Below, in pieces: positions 9,103 to 16,206 of a stretch of DNA of 23,550 nt (positions are counted from its first letter, which is position 1; every line of letters starts with the position of its first letter). Source of the DNA: an uncultured virus (IMG/VR IMGVR_UViG_3300049893_002526) (lineage: Duplodnaviria; Heunggongvirae; Uroviricota; Caudoviricetes); the IMG/VR virus record IMGVR_UViG_3300049893_002526, one strand, 5' to 3'. The notes below the pieces were generated by a model. The model saw only the letters and a program-made list of their open reading frames with translations, ran no database searches and was not told the DNA's origin. Made by a program: the position numbers and the translations under genes.

Positions 9103-10298
9103 TAGAAGTCACAGACGATCGATTCAGGATTTGGTTGATTGATGTCGGTAATAAGCTCGTCGAGCTTCTCGTTAGCTGCTGAGATAAGTTCCTTACGTCG
9201 TTCAATGAGGCGACGAAGATTCTTAGCTCGCTGTTCGTAGACGTCGATTTCTACGTTTGCTTCGGAGACAAGGAGATTTAAGTGCGAGCTGTTTTCTGCT
9301 CCCTTGATGCGCTCACAAAGTGTTTTGTACTTAGAAGACAACGCCAGGGATTGTTTGAGCTTCTCCAGCCCTTTGGATTCATCTCTGCTGTTGCAGATAG
9401 ATTCGAGCTCCTCCCGAATAGCTGTTTGAATGACTTGAAACTCCTGCTGCGCCTGTCGGTACGTTGACTTATCCGGCGAAGTAAGAAGCTTCCCGCATTC
9501 CAGCAACCGCGTGGCCAACACCGAAAGCTGATCGAATCCGGGAACGGAGTCGCTGATGAGCTTGAGTTTGTTAGCTGTGATCTCCCAGCTACCACGTTTC
9601 TTATCGGAACCCGTTTGTTGTTTTCCTATCTTGGTGATGGTGCGGGCATCTAGATCGTCAAGAAGCTCAGCACTAATAGTCAGTGCTCTGTCGGCTGCAG
9701 AAGCCTTTGCCGCCTCAAGAACCTGAGCTGTGTTGATGTTGTTCTCGTATGCGAGCAACGATTTAATGTCGCCGGTAACTGGTTCGTCCGCCACCTCCAG
9801 CATTACTGGAAGAGGACCGACGACAGATACGCGAATCGGAGCGTGGTAAGCCGCCTTCGTAGGGAATACTTTCATGTATGCCTGGAAGGCAAGATCGTAT
9901 TCCTGTTCATCTTCGAACAGAGGACGCAAGATGTTCTCCGCCGTTTCCTGCCACGCTGCGTATTCTTGATCCCAGAGATCACGCAGTTCTTCGTTTGCTT
10001 TCTCGGCGGAGTACTTGATGTCCTTGATGTACTCGTGTGCTTTGTAAAAGTAGGCTTCGGTTACAAAATGTGAGTCCCCGAAGTGAATCGTGCACTCGTC
10101 GTACAGCTCACGTTGTAATGCTCGAAGTTCGTCCAATTTGCTTTTGAGGGCATTGGACAGCGAAGGGCGGATCGAAACAGTGTTCTTCTCCCGCAGGGTC
10201 TTGATTGTTTGATCAGGCAGCTTTAAGTCATCGAACGCAATCTGTACGCTCTGACGAACAGTGCCGGAAATGGAACAGGCGAGAAAATAGTGATTCAT
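9102..10298 (-). CDS. Helical/coiled-coil protein (398 aa), possibly DUF3150-like
   Basis: Long ORF. The family guess rests on size, helical character and position upstream of an AAA+/VWA pair. Confidence 0.6.
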   Translation of the reverse strand: MNHYFLACSISGTVRQSVQIAFDDLKLPDQTIKTLREKNTVSIRPSLSNALKSKLDELRALQRELYDECTIHFGDSHFVTEAYFYKAHEYIKDIKYSAEKANEELRDLWDQEYAAWQETAENILRPLFEDEQEYDLAFQAYMKVFPTKAAYHAPIRVSVVGPLPVMLEVADEPVTGDIKSLLAYENNINTAQVLEAAKASAADRALTISAELLDDLDARTITKIGKQQTGSDKKRGSWEITANKLKLISDSVPGFDQLSVLATRLLECGKLLTSPDKSTYRQAQQEFQVIQTAIREELESICNSRDESKGLEKLKQSLALSSKYKTLCERIKGAENSSHLNLLVSEANVEIDVYEQRAKNLRRLIERRKELISAANEKLDELITDINQPNPESIVCDF

Positions 10299-10441
10299 CG
10301 TTTTGTCTCTTCGTAAGATTTGTCAGTGTGCTGATGATGCGCAGTGAAAGTTGGCTCGGTGCCGACTGCACCTAGGAAAGCGAAAGCCATCCCAACCGAA
10401 GCGATCAGAAAGGCTATCGCGTTAGTAACTTTAAGGCTCAT
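10295..10441 (-). CDS. Small membrane protein (48 aa, MSLKVTNAIAFLIASVGMAFAFLGAVG...)
   Basis: Manually translated; ATGA overlaps at both ends; one hydrophobic segment. Confidence 0.7.
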   Translation of the reverse strand: MSLKVTNAIAFLIASVGMAFAFLGAVGTEPTFTAHHQHTDKSYEETKR

Positions 10442-10860
10442 TTGAGACGAGTAAAAGCGAGCGAGATTTTGTCGGTGACTTGATCACATTCTCCTGTCTG
10501 AACAAGAAGCTCAGCCTGCTGCTTGAGTTTCAGCTTGGCTACTTTTAGCTGCTGTTCAAGATCCGCCACCTTGTCAGCAAGTTTCTGCAATTTGTCGTGC
10601 GGCGTGGGCTTACGCGAGATACGCACAACAATGTTCGTTTTGTACTGAGGGAACTTAAATTTGCTATCGGCTCCGCTGAACAAGCCAAGGTCAAAGCCTT
10701 CGTTGTCGGCTTGTGTCACGTCCGCCAACAAGTTGTCGCGGGCAGCTTCGAACGGTGTGCCAAATGCTTCGTTCACTTGAACTAGAGCCAGATCACACTC
10801 GCTCCACGCGTTAGCCGCTGTGTCTGCCAGCTTGAGGATTGAGGGTAGTTTGATGGTCAT
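10438..10860 (-). CDS. Hypothetical coiled-coil protein (140 aa)
   Basis: ORF track call; ATG at 10860 preferred; lies downstream of the promoter at 10915-10943. Confidence 0.75.
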   Translation of the reverse strand: MTIKLPSILKLADTAANAWSECDLALVQVNEAFGTPFEAARDNLLADVTQADNEGFDLGLFSGADSKFKFPQYKTNIVVRISRKPTPHDKLQKLADKVADLEQQLKVAKLKLKQQAELLVQTGECDQVTDKISLAFTRLK

Positions 10861-10914
10861 TTGATTAGATGGAAGAAATGGGTGCACCACGTTCGGGGCC
10901 GGTGCCGCCCGTCA

Positions 10915-10943
10915 ATCATAGCGCTCTGAGCTGATCCTGTAAA
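10915..10943 (-). promoter_or_regulatory. Sigma70-like promoter for the AAA+/VWA operon
   Basis: TTTACA-17 bp-TATGAT. Confidence 0.7.
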
Positions 10944-10953
10944 TAGGTGCGCT

Positions 10954-11124
10954 TCATTTAGTTGGGTAAACGCACAGGTTGTTCCAGTTGCCGATGCGGT
11001 GTTCGCGCATGGCGAGCTCTTTAGCTTGGTCTCGCGTGTATGCTTCTACTGCACACAGAAACTTCCAGGCTCCTGTTTTACGACTAAACACATCGAAGCT
11101 TTGAAGTTCTTTAGGAGGTTGCAT
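10954..11124 (-). CDS. Hypothetical protein (56 aa, MQPPKELQSFDVFSRKTGAWKFLCAVEAY...)
   Basis: Manually translated; below the ORF track cutoff. Confidence 0.65.
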   Translation of the reverse strand: MQPPKELQSFDVFSRKTGAWKFLCAVEAYTRDQAKELAMREHRIGNWNNLCVYPTK

Positions 11125-11277
11125 GGCTTAGCTAAAACCGTAGCTACGGTAGCATAAAGTACACAATGATTTACCTCTCTTAATTACTTCCTACGCTTTG
11201 GTATGTTTTAATCGCTTATAAATAAACATTTTCTGAAAGCTCTCAACTTAACGTGTTTTGCTACCCAAGCTGCTTAG

Positions 11278-11634
11278 TTAGCTAGCCGTCTCGTAGAAAA
11301 TGCAGTCGCTTGCCTCCGGTGTGTTGTACTCCGGAAAGTCATAACTACAGCCGTTTCGAGTCTTGTGTACGCAGGCGTCGCATCCTACGTGCTGCTTGGT
11401 GTCTTTGAAGATCTTAAGCAAGTTCTGTACTTGAGACAGCATCTCTTTAGCTTGGTTGTAAAAGACATCGTCTATTTCGTAAGTTGTCGCCCTGTGGCGA
11501 CAGGCTCTGCACTCTTTTCTGCGTCTCGTATGACCTTCTTTCGTTCTCCTTGATTCAATCGTTATCTGTTGTTTCTCATTGCATCTGGGGCAGATTCCGA
11601 AGAACTTCGGATTTATAAAGGCTGGTTCGTTCAT
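11278..11634 (-). CDS. NrdR-like N-terminal zinc-ribbon protein without ATP-cone, with a second Cys cluster
   Basis: CPRC...IESRRTKEGHTRRRKECRACRHRATTYE matches the NrdR N-terminus. The C-terminus has CDACVH...C...C. Start moved to ATG 11634 because the longer ORF overlaps the tRNA. Confidence 0.75.
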   Translation of the reverse strand: MNEPAFINPKFFGICPRCNEKQQITIESRRTKEGHTRRRKECRACRHRATTYEIDDVFYNQAKEMLSQVQNLLKIFKDTKQHVGCDACVHKTRNGCSYDFPEYNTPEASDCIFYETAS

Positions 11635-11645
11635 TGTGTGTTTAA

Positions 11646-11718
11646 TAGGGGCCATGGGGATCGAACCCATCTTCGGCGTGTTATGAGCACGCTGCAGTCA
11701 CCAGATTGCTAGACCCCC
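11646..11718 (-). tRNA. tRNA with CAT anticodon (elongator Met or lysidine-modified Ile2), no encoded CCA
   Basis: Acceptor GGGGGTC/GGCCCCT with discriminator A; D arm GCA..TGC; anticodon arm GCGTG-CTCATAA-CACGC; T arm ATGGG-TTCGATC-CCCAT; 73 nt. Confidence 0.92.
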
Positions 11719-11723
11719 GACAG

Positions 11724-11978
11724 TTAGTAGTTGTAGGAGACTTTCACATCTACTACATCACACGGTAACATACCGTAAGGTCTAGCATCGTGATGCTTAC
11801 TGAAGTAAGACGATTGTCCTACCGATAAGATTGTACCTCCCTCGATAAAGTTGGATACGAATTTATTGAACGCGCTGCGCTCTTGAGGTTTCTGTCGGAA
11901 AACGGTGTAATCCTCCTTGGTTAAAGCGTTTATCCAATGTGCTGGAATCTGATAAAAGATGTGCTCGTTTGTTGTCAT
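11724..11978 (-). CDS. Hypothetical protein (84 aa)
   Basis: ORF track call; tiles in the minus-strand array. Confidence 0.7.
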   Translation of the reverse strand: MTTNEHIFYQIPAHWINALTKEDYTVFRQKPQERSAFNKFVSNFIEGGTILSVGQSSYFSKHHDARPYGMLPCDVVDVKVSYNY

Positions 11979-12032
11979 TGATAAAGGTAGGCACGCCGCT
12001 CAGACTAGCCGAGCGGCTCCAGCGCGTGCAAC

Positions 12033-12140
12033 TTATTTTGGTCTAAATACCATAATTGCAATGCCTAAGATCATTAACACAGGAGCCCTGAGAGCAACTC
12101 CCACACCAAATAGAAAGCTTCCAGCAATGATTGAGGGCAT
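12033..12140 (-). CDS. Small hydrophobic protein (35 aa, MPSIIAGSFLFGVGVALRAPVLMILGIAIMVFRPK)
   Basis: Manually translated; starts just after the upstream stop. Confidence 0.55.
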   Translation of the reverse strand: MPSIIAGSFLFGVGVALRAPVLMILGIAIMVFRPK

Positions 12141-12145
12141 TGTTC

Positions 12146-12373
12146 TCACTGATTAAATACAGGATGATCCAGGTTAGGCCGTACGGACCACATCTCGTAC
12201 GCTCTGTCGATGTAGATAATGTCCCGCTTCTCCAACGAGCTTGCGATTCTGCGGGAGGAGTAGTCGCTGTGGATGTGGAAAGCGTGCGAAATAGCAGGAC
12301 CGTAGAGGCTTATGCTCTTACGCATGAACGAAACCATTTGTCGCTGAAGATAACCCAGACGTGTGTTAGTCAT
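12146..12373 (-). CDS. Hypothetical protein (75 aa, MTNTRLG...)
   Basis: ORF track call; internal ATG preferred to limit overlap with the upstream gene. Confidence 0.65.
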   Translation of the reverse strand: MTNTRLGYLQRQMVSFMRKSISLYGPAISHAFHIHSDYSSRRIASSLEKRDIIYIDRAYEMWSVRPNLDHPVFNQ

Positions 12374-12608
12374 CTGATTCGATGGAGAGACGTTTGCGTA
12401 GTTGGTTTGCAACTCTGACGAGTGCACTGTTACCGTAGTTAGGACCGTACACCATGTCGATGTAGTTACACAGTTCTGCAGCGGCTTTGATGTGTTCCTG
12501 CTCCCAATCCAGTTCAGGACTTTCTTCGAGCTGATGTTCTACAAGTTGCTGCAAAAGTGCGGGAGGCATTAGGTCTAGTAAAGCCTCTGAGTTGGAGGGG
12601 ACTATCAT
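12366..12608 (-). CDS. Hypothetical protein (80 aa)
   Basis: ORF track call; ATG at 12608. Confidence 0.65.
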   Translation of the reverse strand: MIVPSNSEALLDLMPPALLQQLVEHQLEESPELDWEQEHIKAAAELCNYIDMVYGPNYGNSALVRVANQLRKRLSIESDD

Positions 12609-12644
12609 CAATCGTGAGCGAAAGAGTTAAGGGTTGGCCTGGTT

Positions 12645-12962
12645 TTAGTAGCTGATCTGTACCCTCCGTATGTCGTTAAGGGGCACGCCTAACCGATACG
12701 CTGCGCCCGCTGAAAGATCAATCGAGTTGCAATCGCACCGATCAGTGATCGGAACAGTTAGTGATCTGCCTGCGTGAGTTACTCGAACCTTCGTACCGCA
12801 AGGCAACCAAGGATGTGCAGCAGATACGCCCCAGTGCTGATAAGTTTGACCGCAATACGTAGTGCGATTGTGATACCACTCATCGTACACAGTTGCAGTA
12901 ACCGTACGAGCCTGCAGAGGAGACAAGACAACAAAAGGAATAAACGCGATCAGACGTTTCAT
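12645..12962 (-). CDS. RlpA-like double-psi beta-barrel protein (lytic transglycosylase family) with signal peptide
   Basis: ATVY...TYCGQTY...SAAHPWLPCGTKVRVT...VPITDR...IDLSAGAAYRLG; N-terminal MKRLIAFIPFVVLSPLQA. Confidence 0.88.
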   Translation of the reverse strand: MKRLIAFIPFVVLSPLQARTVTATVYDEWYHNRTTYCGQTYQHWGVSAAHPWLPCGTKVRVTHAGRSLTVPITDRCDCNSIDLSAGAAYRLGVPLNDIRRVQISY

Positions 12963-12997
12963 GATTGTTGTGATTGTGGAGTTAAACTATGCGGCGG

Positions 12998-13012
12998 CCC
13001 CGCGAAGCGGGA
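12998..13012 (-). repeat. Intergenic hairpin TCCCGC-TTC-GCGGGG, copy 1 of 3
   Basis: Same stem as 14023-14037 and 15549-15564. Confidence 0.8.
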
Positions 13013-13018
13013 TAGGCA

Positions 13019-13186
13019 CTAACTCTCTAACCAAGCTTTACAGGGCTTCTTCGCTACATAATGAAGGGCCGTGGGGTCCGCAAGGTTATACTCACGAGCC
13101 ACACGATAAGCTTCCTTTGAGTCTGTAATCTCGTCGATTGTTTCGACGGTGTTAGTGTTGTCTCGGCGTTGGATGTAGTAAGGCAT
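13019..13186 (-). CDS. Hypothetical protein (55 aa, MPYYIQRRDNTNTVETIDE...), paralog of 16442-16606
   Basis: Manually translated; shares YY-x2-R..ET[IV]DE..EA.R..EY..YV..W with its paralog. Confidence 0.75.
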   Translation of the reverse strand: MPYYIQRRDNTNTVETIDEITDSKEAYRVAREYNLADPTALHYVAKKPCKAWLES

Positions 13187-13216
13187 TGTTAGACTTAGGC
13201 AAAGGTTCAGGTTGAA

Positions 13217-13426
13217 GTGGAACAGTTAGCCGCTCAGTTTTTAAGTAAGTACATCGACGAGAACATCGGACCGTTTGGTTTAGTTGGGCGGATGCCTTTA
13301 GGTCTCGCCGGTTCACTTGCTGGTGTGCCAGGTATCGGACCCGGCGGAGAATCCTCGCCTGGCATTAACCGGCCGGAACTGTTAGGTGGGTTGGCTGGGT
13401 TAGGTATCAGCTCCGTGTTTGGTTAG
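13217..13426 (+). CDS. Possible Gly-rich small protein (69 aa), opposite orientation to its neighbours
   Basis: Fills an otherwise empty gap; GTG start. Confidence 0.45.
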   Translation: MEQLAAQFLSKYIDENIGPFGLVGRMPLGLAGSLAGVPGIGPGGESSPGINRPELLGGLAGLGISSVFG

Positions 13427-13770
13427 GCTCTAACAAATACGTGGCGTGAGTTCTTCTCAATCAGCCATTCCGGTTCTTCGATTGCGTAGCCGTACCACTT
13501 CTTAGCCTTCTGGTACACACCAGCGCCACACAAGTTACGCAGCAAAGCGTTGAGCCTACTCTTTGTTGTAGGTGTCTGCCAGCCGCAATCGGATACGGTA
13601 ACCGTGTCTGGTGTAACTACTGCAATCGGGTGCCCGTGTAGGTAAATAGTTACGCGGTCGATTGGTTTCTTCGCGTGGGTAAATACTGTTGCCGCTACTT
13701 CTGTGTTGCCACACTTCCAGTTGCGACGTGCATGGATCGCTTCCAACATTTGCTGTTCGATCTTACGCAT
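13423..13770 (-). CDS. Conserved phage hypothetical protein (MRKIEQQM... type, recalled from cyanophages)
   Basis: MRKIE..M...NW..GNTEV...LHG..IA...GWQTPTTKSRLNALL pattern. Confidence 0.8.
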   Translation of the reverse strand: MRKIEQQMLEAIHARRNWKCGNTEVAATVFTHAKKPIDRVTIYLHGHPIAVVTPDTVTVSDCGWQTPTTKSRLNALLRNLCGAGVYQKAKKWYGYAIEEPEWLIEKNSRHVFVRA

Positions 13771-13804
13771 GATGTGAGTCCTGTTGTGTTTGGTTAGTTA
13801 AAGT

Positions 13805-13984
13805 TCAGAGAGGTTCGTGCACTAAAAGGATTGCTTCAAGTGCAGGGATGATCTCATCTTCAATACGGGCAAGTACGTCGAAAGGTAATACCTCATCGCG
13901 TAGGATCTGTTTGTACCTGGCGAGCGCGTGGTAAGACAAAGAGTAGCTGTCCAACTTGTAGAGATCGTAAGGAAAGTGATTCAC
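13805..13984 (-). CDS. Hypothetical protein (59 aa)
   Basis: Manually translated from GTG at 13984. Confidence 0.6.
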   Translation of the reverse strand: MNHFPYDLYKLDSYSLSYHALARYKQILRDEVLPFDVLARIEDEIIPALEAILLVHEPL

Positions 13985-14022
13985 TGTGCTTTAAGTGAGA
14001 GGCTAGGTGTTGTGTGCGGGCG

Positions 14023-14037
14023 CCCCGCGTAGCGGGA
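14023..14037 (-). repeat. Intergenic hairpin TCCCGC-TAC-GCGGGG, copy 2 of 3
   Basis: Direct sequence comparison. Confidence 0.8.
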
Positions 14038-14042
14038 CAGGT

Positions 14043-14318
14043 TCAAGCATCAGGCCATTCGTATCCGTCGGGCACTTCCCACAGATCGCCATCCTGATGC
14101 AGTCGCCAGGTTACACCATCGCTAACGATGCTGGCGTTATCTAAGATGCTTTGCCATGCTTCCCAATACCATTCATGCTCTGGGCCAGCCTGACAGATCT
14201 GCACGTCTTTGTAATCAACACCGACACAATTAGCCCAGTGTTCGTCAGTACCGTCGCAGTACAGCTGGGGGATGTAGATGCCGTGGGCATCACATAAGAC
14301 TAGGTTGGGTTCGTACAT
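14043..14318 (-). CDS. Acidic Trp-rich hypothetical protein (91 aa, MYEPNL...)
   Basis: ORF track call; start set at ATG 14318 after the TGATC junction. Confidence 0.75.
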   Translation of the reverse strand: MYEPNLVLCDAHGIYIPQLYCDGTDEHWANCVGVDYKDVQICQAGPEHEWYWEAWQSILDNASIVSDGVTWRLHQDGDLWEVPDGYEWPDA

Positions 14319-14320
14319 GA

Positions 14321-14518
14321 TCAAGCTTTGGTGTGAATAACTTCGTAAAGGTGACAACCGCTGGAAGGAAAGTCTTCGTTTATCTCGGGCAAGATGAAGT
14401 TGTAGAATCCTTCTTCTGTAGGTTCAATGTCATTCTCTTGGCAATACTCTAGGTAGTCATCGGGTTGGTAATAGTAAGTGTGCGTTACAGAGATTTCTGC
14501 GATGTTGAAGTTAGTCAT
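14321..14518 (-). CDS. Acidic hypothetical protein (65 aa)
   Basis: ORF track call. Confidence 0.7.
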   Translation of the reverse strand: MTNFNIAEISVTHTYYYQPDDYLEYCQENDIEPTEEGFYNFILPEINEDFPSSGCHLYEVIHTKA

Positions 14519-14678
14519 TGTTGGACTGTGTTTGTGAATAAGTTACGCCGATGCGTGCTATCAAGTCTTCATAAAATGCGATCGAGTCATCTTCCGTTTC
14601 GTACTGTTTGTGCTCGTCTAGAAAGTTAGCTAGCCATTTTAGATCTGATTTAGTTAGACCTTGGTGCGTATCAAGCAT
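14511..14678 (-). CDS. Hypothetical protein (55 aa, MLDTHQGLTKSDLKWL...)
   Basis: Manually translated; tiles with its neighbours. Confidence 0.6.
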   Translation of the reverse strand: MLDTHQGLTKSDLKWLANFLDEHKQYETEDDSIAFYEDLIARIGVTYSQTQSNND

Positions 14679-14829
14679 GATCGGGGCGGATAAGTTTACG
14701 TTGTTTAAGGAGAATCATGTGATCGAGTGCGTCACCTAAAGTGGAGCGAACATACTCATCTTTAAGTGCTGCGAACTCATACGCTTCGTAGATAGCTTTA
14801 TAAAGTTTGTCGAACTGTGCTTGTGTCAC
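14671..14829 (-). CDS. Hypothetical protein (52 aa, MTQAQFDKLYKAIYEAYEF...)
   Basis: Manually translated from GTG at 14829. Confidence 0.6.
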   Translation of the reverse strand: MTQAQFDKLYKAIYEAYEFAALKDEYVRSTLGDALDHMILLKQRKLIRPDHA

Positions 14830-14831
14830 GA

Positions 14832-15038
14832 TCAATCCTCCCATTCAGTAGTTGTAGGGCGCTCGATAACTTTGTCGCCTGTGTCTTCTACCTGAGAAGT
14901 AATCACGACACGGCCACACAAAGCGTTGTAAGCAGCCGGACACTCACGCATTAAATGCCGGCGAAGTTCTTGCGACATGTAATTGTTAACTGCGTGAAGA
15001 ATCTGGTCTTTATGAAAGACACGAATGTGGTTGTACAT
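14832..15038 (-). CDS. Hypothetical protein (68 aa)
   Basis: ORF track call. Confidence 0.7.
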   Translation of the reverse strand: MYNHIRVFHKDQILHAVNNYMSQELRRHLMRECPAAYNALCGRVVITSQVEDTGDKVIERPTTTEWED

Positions 15039-15040
15039 GA

Positions 15041-15235
15041 TCAGAATGTGATGGATTGTTTAAGCGGGGAGAATGTTTGTTGGCGCAGTAGTTCGAGCAT
15101 CTGCAGATGTTCTTGCGCCCAATCGCTACCGGGATGATTAGGCGTTTCATTAACTAGCTGCAACAGATCTTGTTCGTATGCACGAATCATGCGACGCATT
15201 AAGTCACGATCGAGTGCAATCTCAGTGTCGTACAT
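15041..15235 (-). CDS. Hypothetical protein (64 aa)
   Basis: ORF track call. Confidence 0.7.
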   Translation of the reverse strand: MYDTEIALDRDLMRRMIRAYEQDLLQLVNETPNHPGSDWAQEHLQMLELLRQQTFSPLKQSITF

Positions 15236-15237
15236 GA

Positions 15238-15519
15238 TTAGTTAACAAGTGAACGGAGGTGTGAGTAACCTGGCACATCGTGTGCGTAGTCAGGTGATGG
15301 AAGTGTGCGCAGCAGTTGCTTATACTTTGCGATTGAGCAGTCGATTCTTTCAGCGTGGTAGGCATCTCTACGCCACACACCAGGCACAGCGTCACTTCCA
15401 TAGTATTGTTCATCCCACGCAGCAATAGGATTGCCATCGTCGGGATCAATCAGTACATAGCAACGTTGAGGGTTGCCGTTGACGTCATTCTTTGCGCAGT
15501 AGTGAAGAAACTGTGCCAT
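15238..15519 (-). CDS. Hypothetical protein (93 aa)
   Basis: ORF track call; A/C-rich leader. Confidence 0.75.
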   Translation of the reverse strand: MAQFLHYCAKNDVNGNPQRCYVLIDPDDGNPIAAWDEQYYGSDAVPGVWRRDAYHAERIDCSIAKYKQLLRTLPSPDYAHDVPGYSHLRSLVN

Positions 15520-15548
15520 GGTGATGTTGGTGTGATTGTGTGAGTTGG

Positions 15549-15564
15549 CCCCGCGAGAGCGGGA
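15549..15564 (-). repeat. Intergenic hairpin TCCCGC-TCTC-GCGGGG, copy 3 of 3
   Basis: Direct sequence comparison. Confidence 0.8.
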
Positions 15565-15570
15565 TGATAG

Positions 15571-15903
15571 TCATTTGATTCCTGTGATCTCCTTGGCAAT
15601 GGAGTCTACAAAGGTCCACACCATATGATTAACCATGCCGCGCACACTTGTGCTATGCTTGGCAAACTTATCTAGCCAAGTGTCGCCATACTTATCGTAG
15701 AAAAAGTCTTCAACCTCATCCTCAAACTGCAGGAAGAAGTCCCACGTCTCGTGATAATACGCCAGCTTATTCGGTGCCATTCGTGCACAACCACGAAGTG
15801 CAATGTCCTGCAAGTCTTCGTAGGTAAACAGGCCAGACTCTTCGCCTGACAAATACTCAACAGCGCGTGGCGCAATGATCTCAGTGTTGCGGGTCAAAGT
15901 CAT
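15571..15903 (-). CDS. Acidic/aromatic phage protein (110 aa; DI...GC...LAYYHET..FF pattern)
   Basis: ORF track call. ATG 15903 is preferred because GTGAATGTT belongs to the repeated leader motif. Confidence 0.75.
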   Translation of the reverse strand: MTLTRNTEIIAPRAVEYLSGEESGLFTYEDLQDIALRGCARMAPNKLAYYHETWDFFLQFEDEVEDFFYDKYGDTWLDKFAKHSTSVRGMVNHMVWTFVDSIAKEITGIK

Positions 15904-16008
15904 AACATTCACACGCTACATGGCGTGCAGCTAACACAATGAGGGAGAGTCCCTCATGTAACTAAGCCGAACTGATTAACAGCTCGGCGATAGCTACAGG
16001 AGAGAATC
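15901..16008 (-). ncRNA. Structured leader RNA motif, copy A
   Basis: GATTCTCTCC-[hairpin]-TGAGGGA-loop-TCCCTC-..TGTTAGCTG-[hairpin]-TGAATGTTATG, shared with 16946-17031; G-U pairs favour the minus strand. Confidence 0.75.
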
Positions 16009-16204
16009 AACGATCAACGTAGACAGCTTCTCGCTGTTTCCAGTAACCCCAAGTCACATAATCATCAAGTTTGCCGTTTAACAATGGACGCCAATCTGCA
16101 GTCTTAGAGGAACGTTTGCGCCCCCAATTACAACGTTCCGGTGTGAATCCTCCCCACCAGAATTCTTCACCGACTCTTACATCGGCAAAACTTACACGTT
16201 TCAT
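16007..16204 (-). CDS. Trp-rich hypothetical protein (65 aa)
   Basis: ORF track call. Confidence 0.7.
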   Translation of the reverse strand: MKRVSFADVRVGEEFWWGGFTPERCNWGRKRSSKTADWRPLLNGKLDDYVTWGYWKQREAVYVDR

Positions 16205-16206
16205 GA

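Noticed and set aside
3226..10785. Numerous plus-strand and off-frame ORFs inside polA, VWA, AAA+ and neighbouring genes
   Set aside because: They are antisense or off-frame to well-supported genes and show no protein-like motifs.
11635..11670. N-terminal extension MGSIPMAPIKHT of the NrdR-like ORF
   Set aside because: It overlaps the tRNA T arm and acceptor stem; ATG 11634 is more plausible.
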